A stretch of DNA of 61,038 nucleotides from assembly GCA_947302825.1 (NCBI GenBank), contig CAMYWP010000001.1, positions 1 to 61,038 of the forward strand, given 5' to 3'. The stretch is from an uncultured Bacteroidales bacterium. Its GTDB lineage: Bacteria; Bacteroidota; Bacteroidia; Bacteroidales; UBA932. Made by a program: the position numbers and the translations under genes. Below the pieces are notes generated by a model that saw only the letters and a program-made list of their open reading frames with translations, was not told where the DNA came from and ran no database searches. Numbering within the stretch: the stretch's first letter is position 1; each line of letters starts with the position of its first letter. Shown here in pieces: positions 56,932-61,038 of this stretch.

Positions 56932-58518
56932 TTAAAAACAGCAGCCGAGCGAAATCATTGCCACATTGCGCCGTCCTCCGTCCAAATAGACGGGTGCGGA
57001 CAGGAGACTCACAAAGCGGTCAGAGACGCGCAGATAGGGTTGCCACACTCCCTTAAGGGGAAGGCTGATGCCGAAACTCAGTTCGGCGCCTGCATGGAGT
57101 GCGGTCTCGTATTCGTACTGCTGGAACAGTGGCGTGTCAAAATGCTGGATGGAGGTGCTGGCGGTTTCGGCGGCGCTGCTGTCTTCATGGGGTATCCCGA
57201 ATCCACCGCCCACCAAAGCGTGCAGTGTGATATCCAGGAACATCGGCCCTGTGGCAAAGCACTTTTGTCCGTATAAATCGGCGCTCAAAGCCGTCATCTG
57301 CTGCCGGCGGGTGAAAGGATACAGGCTGGCAGTCTGATTCCGGACCCGGCCGTCCAGCCGGGCACCAAGCGAAAGGCTGGGCCGACCTTCATCGGCCTCT
57401 TTATGCCAGGCGTAGGAGAGCGTTGCGGCGGCCAGGAGGCGATCCAGGATCCGGCTTTGGCCCGTGTACTCCACAACGGTGTTCTGCCCGGTGGGGGTGA
57501 CATAGCGGAATTTGTTCTCCAGGTTGGTGAGTGTTTCCAGACCGGCTTCCAGGGAAAGGACCTGCAGGTTCCTGCCGGAGGGGATGAGCAGTTTCCCTTT
57601 GTAACCGGCACGGATTCCATTAAATTCGAAGAAGGTGGCGGTGGTGGAGCTCCGGCGTCCGTAATAGCCGTTGCGTATTTGGAAAACCAGCTCGTTGGCA
57701 AATCGGCCGTCCAGTACCGACTGCAGGCTACCCCCCCAGAAATAGTTCATCATGGGCCGGGGATTGACCACCGAGATAGGGTTGTAGTCGCCGGCCAGTT
57801 CGGATACCGTGCCCATATAACAGCCTTTGTCCGTTTGGATGAAGTATTGCTGGTCCGTAGTACCGTAGATGCCGCCTTTCACCTGTTCCAGCGTGTTCCG
57901 GAACAGGAAAGCGACGCCCAGTACCCAACGGTCAGAAGCTTTGAGACTTGCTCCGGCTTTCAAATCCAGGTCCATCCAGATGCTGGAGAAGCGGGGGTCC
58001 TTGGTCTTGGTCTGGTCGGCACTGGTATAGTTCAGCTGTACGCCGATAGCCCAGCGGCGGCTCAGACGGTAGGACATGCCGCCGGCCAGCGCATAGCGTT
58101 CCCGCTTTTTGGTCCCCCTGGTGTCGTCGCTGCTTTCCAGGAAGTTGACGGGGTTGTAGGTGTAATCCAGCAGGATTTGTCCGCCCATGTCCTTGCCCGT
58201 GAAATGCTGCCAGCCCAGGCTGCCGAAGAAGGTAATACTCCGGCCGATGCGCCTGTACGATTGGGCCGATGCCCCCGCATCCCAGCTGTCCGGCGACTCG
58301 GTAGGGGACAGCCAGCCACCGTTTTCCTTGCGGAAGTGGCTTTGCACCAGGGAAACCTGCCCGTCGAACTGGTCCAGCAGGGCCGGATTGGAAAGCGTGA
58401 GGAAGGGGTGGGTGTCCACTGTAAAGCGGAAGTCCCGTACGCTCCCGGCCTGTTGACCGGCCGCAGAGAGGGCGGTGGTCAGCAGGCAGAGGACGACAAG
58501 GAAGGGACGGGAAGTCAT
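56932..58518 (-). CDS. Outer-membrane beta-barrel protein (DUF6850-like)
   Basis: Signal peptide, NPA and KDPR motifs, amphipathic strands and a C-terminal Phe. Located downstream of a TonB receptor and a lipoprotein. Confidence 0.6.
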   Translation of the reverse strand: MTSRPFLVVLCLLTTALSAAGQQAGSVRDFRFTVDTHPFLTLSNPALLDQFDGQVSLVQSHFRKENGGWLSPTESPDSWDAGASAQSYRRIGRSITFFGSLGWQHFTGKDMGGQILLDYTYNPVNFLESSDDTRGTKKRERYALAGGMSYRLSRRWAIGVQLNYTSADQTKTKDPRFSSIWMDLDLKAGASLKASDRWVLGVAFLFRNTLEQVKGGIYGTTDQQYFIQTDKGCYMGTVSELAGDYNPISVVNPRPMMNYFWGGSLQSVLDGRFANELVFQIRNGYYGRRSSTTATFFEFNGIRAGYKGKLLIPSGRNLQVLSLEAGLETLTNLENKFRYVTPTGQNTVVEYTGQSRILDRLLAAATLSYAWHKEADEGRPSLSLGARLDGRVRNQTASLYPFTRRQQMTALSADLYGQKCFATGPMFLDITLHALVGGGFGIPHEDSSAAETASTSIQHFDTPLFQQYEYETALHAGAELSFGISLPLKGVWQPYLRVSDRFVSLLSAPVYLDGGRRNVAMISLGCCF

Positions 58519-58524
58519 GGAAAA

Positions 58525-59841
58525 TTATTTCTTCAGGGAAGACTGTTTTCTCTGGTGGAAGTCACCGGCCGAGCTGTTGGTCTGGAGATAGATGATGTGC
58601 GCCCCGTTGGCGATGGAGGCTTCAGCGTCTATGCCGGAGGGGTCGGTGCTGCCGCCCACGTCCACGGTGCCCATGGCGTAGTCGTATACCAGCTTGCCTT
58701 CGTTCTCGGGCAAAGCTTCGGTGGCGGCTTTGTCCACATTGCGGTAAACGGTGTAACCCAACTTGCCGGTGATGGTGACGGCGCCGGTATTCAGGGAGGC
58801 GGGGAAGCGCAGTTTGCTGGTGCTGACATTGGCCGCCGAGAAAACATCCACGCAGCCAATTACCTTGGCCTGCGGGAATTTGACGGCCTGGTTGGAGGCG
58901 CCGGTTCCCTGCGTATAGTCATAGGCTTCCGTATTCAATGCCAGTGCTTCGGCTTCGGCCTTGCCCATATTGCCGATAAACAGGGCCGGGGCGGTGTTGG
59001 AGAACAGCCAGGCGTTGCCCATGTTGAAGGGGACACTGCTCAGGTAGTGGCTTTGCGGGATGGCATCGGCCACTACATATTTGGCGTTGACGAACTGTTC
59101 GTTCTTGGACATCCAGTAATAGGAGGCGTTGGACAGGTCCACGGATGCGGGAATGGTTTCGGTGTGGTTGACAGCGCCGTACAGGGCGATTACTATCTGC
59201 GAATAGGCCGGAATCTTTACCTCTGACGTGAACGACCAGAGGGCGCTGGCGGCGGGTATCCAGTCGGCGTGCTCATAGATGAGCTTACCGTCTTCGCCGT
59301 AGAACTTGTTGTTGCCCTGGGCATTGTAGGGGAAGAGCATGCCGATGACCACGTTGGTGGCATCTGCCTCGATGTCGGAGTTGTTGTACAGGATGATATA
59401 GGCATCGTTGGAATAAGACCCGCTGGGCTCTTTGGGGCAGCCGGTACTGTAAACTTCCTTGATGACAATCTGCCGGGAGGCCACTTTCTGGAGGGTGAGG
59501 TTGTAGGTGGAGGGGGTCTCCTCCCGTACGGTGAACGGGCTGGTGCCGCCGGAATAGGCCAGGCGCTGGCCGTCTTCACTGGTGACATAGGTGCAAGTGG
59601 CGCTGTAGACGCCCGGTTTCACCAGGAAAGAGGCTTTTCCGGAAGCATCGGTCTTGCTTTCCAGGGTAAAGCTGGCGTCGGCGTCCTGCAGGGCGACGGT
59701 GAGATCGGCCACGGCGAAGTTGTCCCCGTCGCAGACCAGCTGCAATCCAACGGCTACGGGTTCCGGGTCCTTCGGGGTTTTATTACAGGCCGATAAAACA
59801 GCCACGGCCAGCAGGGAAAAGAGGAATAAATGCTTTTTCAT
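58525..59841 (-). CDS. Surface lipoprotein (DUF4876-like)
   Basis: Lipobox LSAC. IVIKEVYSTG, YIILYNNS, AVNHT..VDLS and QTNSSAGDF motifs. Confidence 0.65.
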   Translation of the reverse strand: MKKHLFLFSLLAVAVLSACNKTPKDPEPVAVGLQLVCDGDNFAVADLTVALQDADASFTLESKTDASGKASFLVKPGVYSATCTYVTSEDGQRLAYSGGTSPFTVREETPSTYNLTLQKVASRQIVIKEVYSTGCPKEPSGSYSNDAYIILYNNSDIEADATNVVIGMLFPYNAQGNNKFYGEDGKLIYEHADWIPAASALWSFTSEVKIPAYSQIVIALYGAVNHTETIPASVDLSNASYYWMSKNEQFVNAKYVVADAIPQSHYLSSVPFNMGNAWLFSNTAPALFIGNMGKAEAEALALNTEAYDYTQGTGASNQAVKFPQAKVIGCVDVFSAANVSTSKLRFPASLNTGAVTITGKLGYTVYRNVDKAATEALPENEGKLVYDYAMGTVDVGGSTDPSGIDAEASIANGAHIIYLQTNSSAGDFHQRKQSSLKK

Positions 59842-59854
59842 GTACGTATAGGAT

Positions 59855-61038
59855 TTAAAATTTGAGTCTGAGGGTAAGTCCGTAGTAGAAAGAGGGGATG
59901 TAGTTGCTTACCGAACTGTGGTTGCCGGTTTTGGTGGAATACACCTGTCCCATATTGTTGAAAAAATTGTTGGCATAGAAGGAGATGGAAGCTATGTCGC
60001 CCAGCTCCTTGGTAACACTGAAATTGGCGCTGAAATAAGGAGAGAGATAATCTTCGTTGAAGGTGTACAGGTAATTGGAAGTAACCGCCAGCCTGGCCAG
60101 GTCGTTGTAAAGGTCGGGGTCGTTCTCCCGTGCCCACTGCAGTTTTTCCAAATAGGGAACCTGTACGCCGGGATGGTCCAGGCTTTCGTAATATTCCGGG
60201 AATACGGCGGCAAAACTGTTTCCCTGGTAAATGGAGGTGCCGGGTGTGAACTCCAGCAGTTTTCCCCGGTCGGCCAGCACGCGGGCGCGTTCGCTGCCGT
60301 CGGCAAAATCACTAAGGGACCGGGAATGGCGCAGCAGGCTGCTTTCCAGCTTAACGGACAGGATAAGCCGGACCTTGGGGATGTGCGTGGTGATGGTGAT
60401 GTTGTTGTTCAGGGTGCGGGAAATGCTCCCGTTGGCGACGCTGTTACCTCCTATATAATAGCCGATATAACGGAAAGGCAGGCCATTGGACCCCATGGTG
60501 GATACCGGAGAGTAGGCCACCATGTCCGTGTCCAGCGTCTTATAATGATAGTAATTGCCGTCAATGCGGATGGAAGTGCCGATAGCCCGGATGCGGGGGA
60601 AATCGATGACCCATTCCACGCCGTAACGCGTGATGGGGTAGTGGGCATTGTTGGCATAGGTACGGGCGACGAGCTGGCTGCGCTCTTCGGCCGCGATGGT
60701 CTGGCTGGGCAGAACGCCGGTTTTATCCGATACCGTCACGATGCCCGTAGCGGGATCTATGGAATAGAGCCTGTTCCGGGAAGGAATGACAAGTCCCTGC
60801 ACGGAGCCGGTTCCGGTGTAATTGTAGTGGAAAGGTTCGTAGGTGTTGTCCAGGCGGTAGCTGTTTAAGGTGCGGTTGTAATAGGCCGCCAGGGAAATGC
60901 GGATGCCCGCCAGGGTGGTTTCCATACCTATTTCGGCCTGCTGGTTCCGTTGCCAGCGCAACTGGTCATTATAGTCTAGTGCGCGCGGGAGCACATAGTA
61001 GCCCCGGTAGACGGTGTTGTCGGCCGATGCGGTGGAGG
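59855..61038 (-). CDS. TonB-dependent receptor, C-terminal barrel (5' end lies outside the window)
   Basis: Frame is open to the window edge. YGVEW, NFSVTKELG, SFYANNFFN and a terminal YYGLTLRLKF. Confidence 0.75.
   Translation of the reverse strand, partial: STASADNTVYRGYYVLPRALDYNDQLRWQRNQQAEIGMETTLAGIRISLAAYYNRTLNSYRLDNTYEPFHYNYTGTGSVQGLVIPSRNRLYSIDPATGIVTVSDKTGVLPSQTIAAEERSQLVARTYANNAHYPITRYGVEWVIDFPRIRAIGTSIRIDGNYYHYKTLDTDMVAYSPVSTMGSNGLPFRYIGYYIGGNSVANGSISRTLNNNITITTHIPKVRLILSVKLESSLLRHSRSLSDFADGSERARVLADRGKLLEFTPGTSIYQGNSFAAVFPEYYESLDHPGVQVPYLEKLQWARENDPDLYNDLARLAVTSNYLYTFNEDYLSPYFSANFSVTKELGDIASISFYANNFFNNMGQVYSTKTGNHSSVSNYIPSFYYGLTLRLKF

Noticed and set aside
1..61038. tRNA, rRNA, prophage, transposase or defence genes
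   Set aside because: None recognised. Intergenic gaps are short and accounted for by promoters, terminators or the described repeats.

Overview
Gene-dense chromosomal segment, roughly 60% GC by eye, of a Bacteroidales-type bacterium. Support for that assignment: TAnnTTTG -7 promoter boxes, the sigma54-activator/lptE/secG cluster, and S46/C69 peptidases. It encodes mainly housekeeping and nutrient-scavenging functions: preA, clpB, pheS, hppA, an MBOAT+2xSGNH O-acetylation operon, rsmA, a long aspS-murB-murA-aminotransferase::dapF-dapA-dapD-(GH20)-asd-dapE-like-dapB-thrA run, cdaA, mutS2, several glycoside hydrolases and a partial TonB-dependent receptor locus. I saw no rRNA, tRNA, CRISPR array, transposase or integrase. 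The unusual signal is in small structured DNA elements. (1) Four palindromic, hairpin-rich segments are read in-frame inside peptidoglycan/lysine-pathway genes (murB, the aminotransferase, dapF, dapE-like); three share a conserved, covarying core inside different inverted-repeat arms. (2) Four 105-106 bp elements have the same 8+25+40+25+8 geometry (two TAA-N5-TGA-N3-TCA-N5-TTA dyads around a covarying hairpin), and three of them supply a start or stop codon to a neighbouring gene. (3) The heptamer GGCCGAT/ATCGGCC is strongly over-iterated. Product calls come from motif recognition only; no database search was run.
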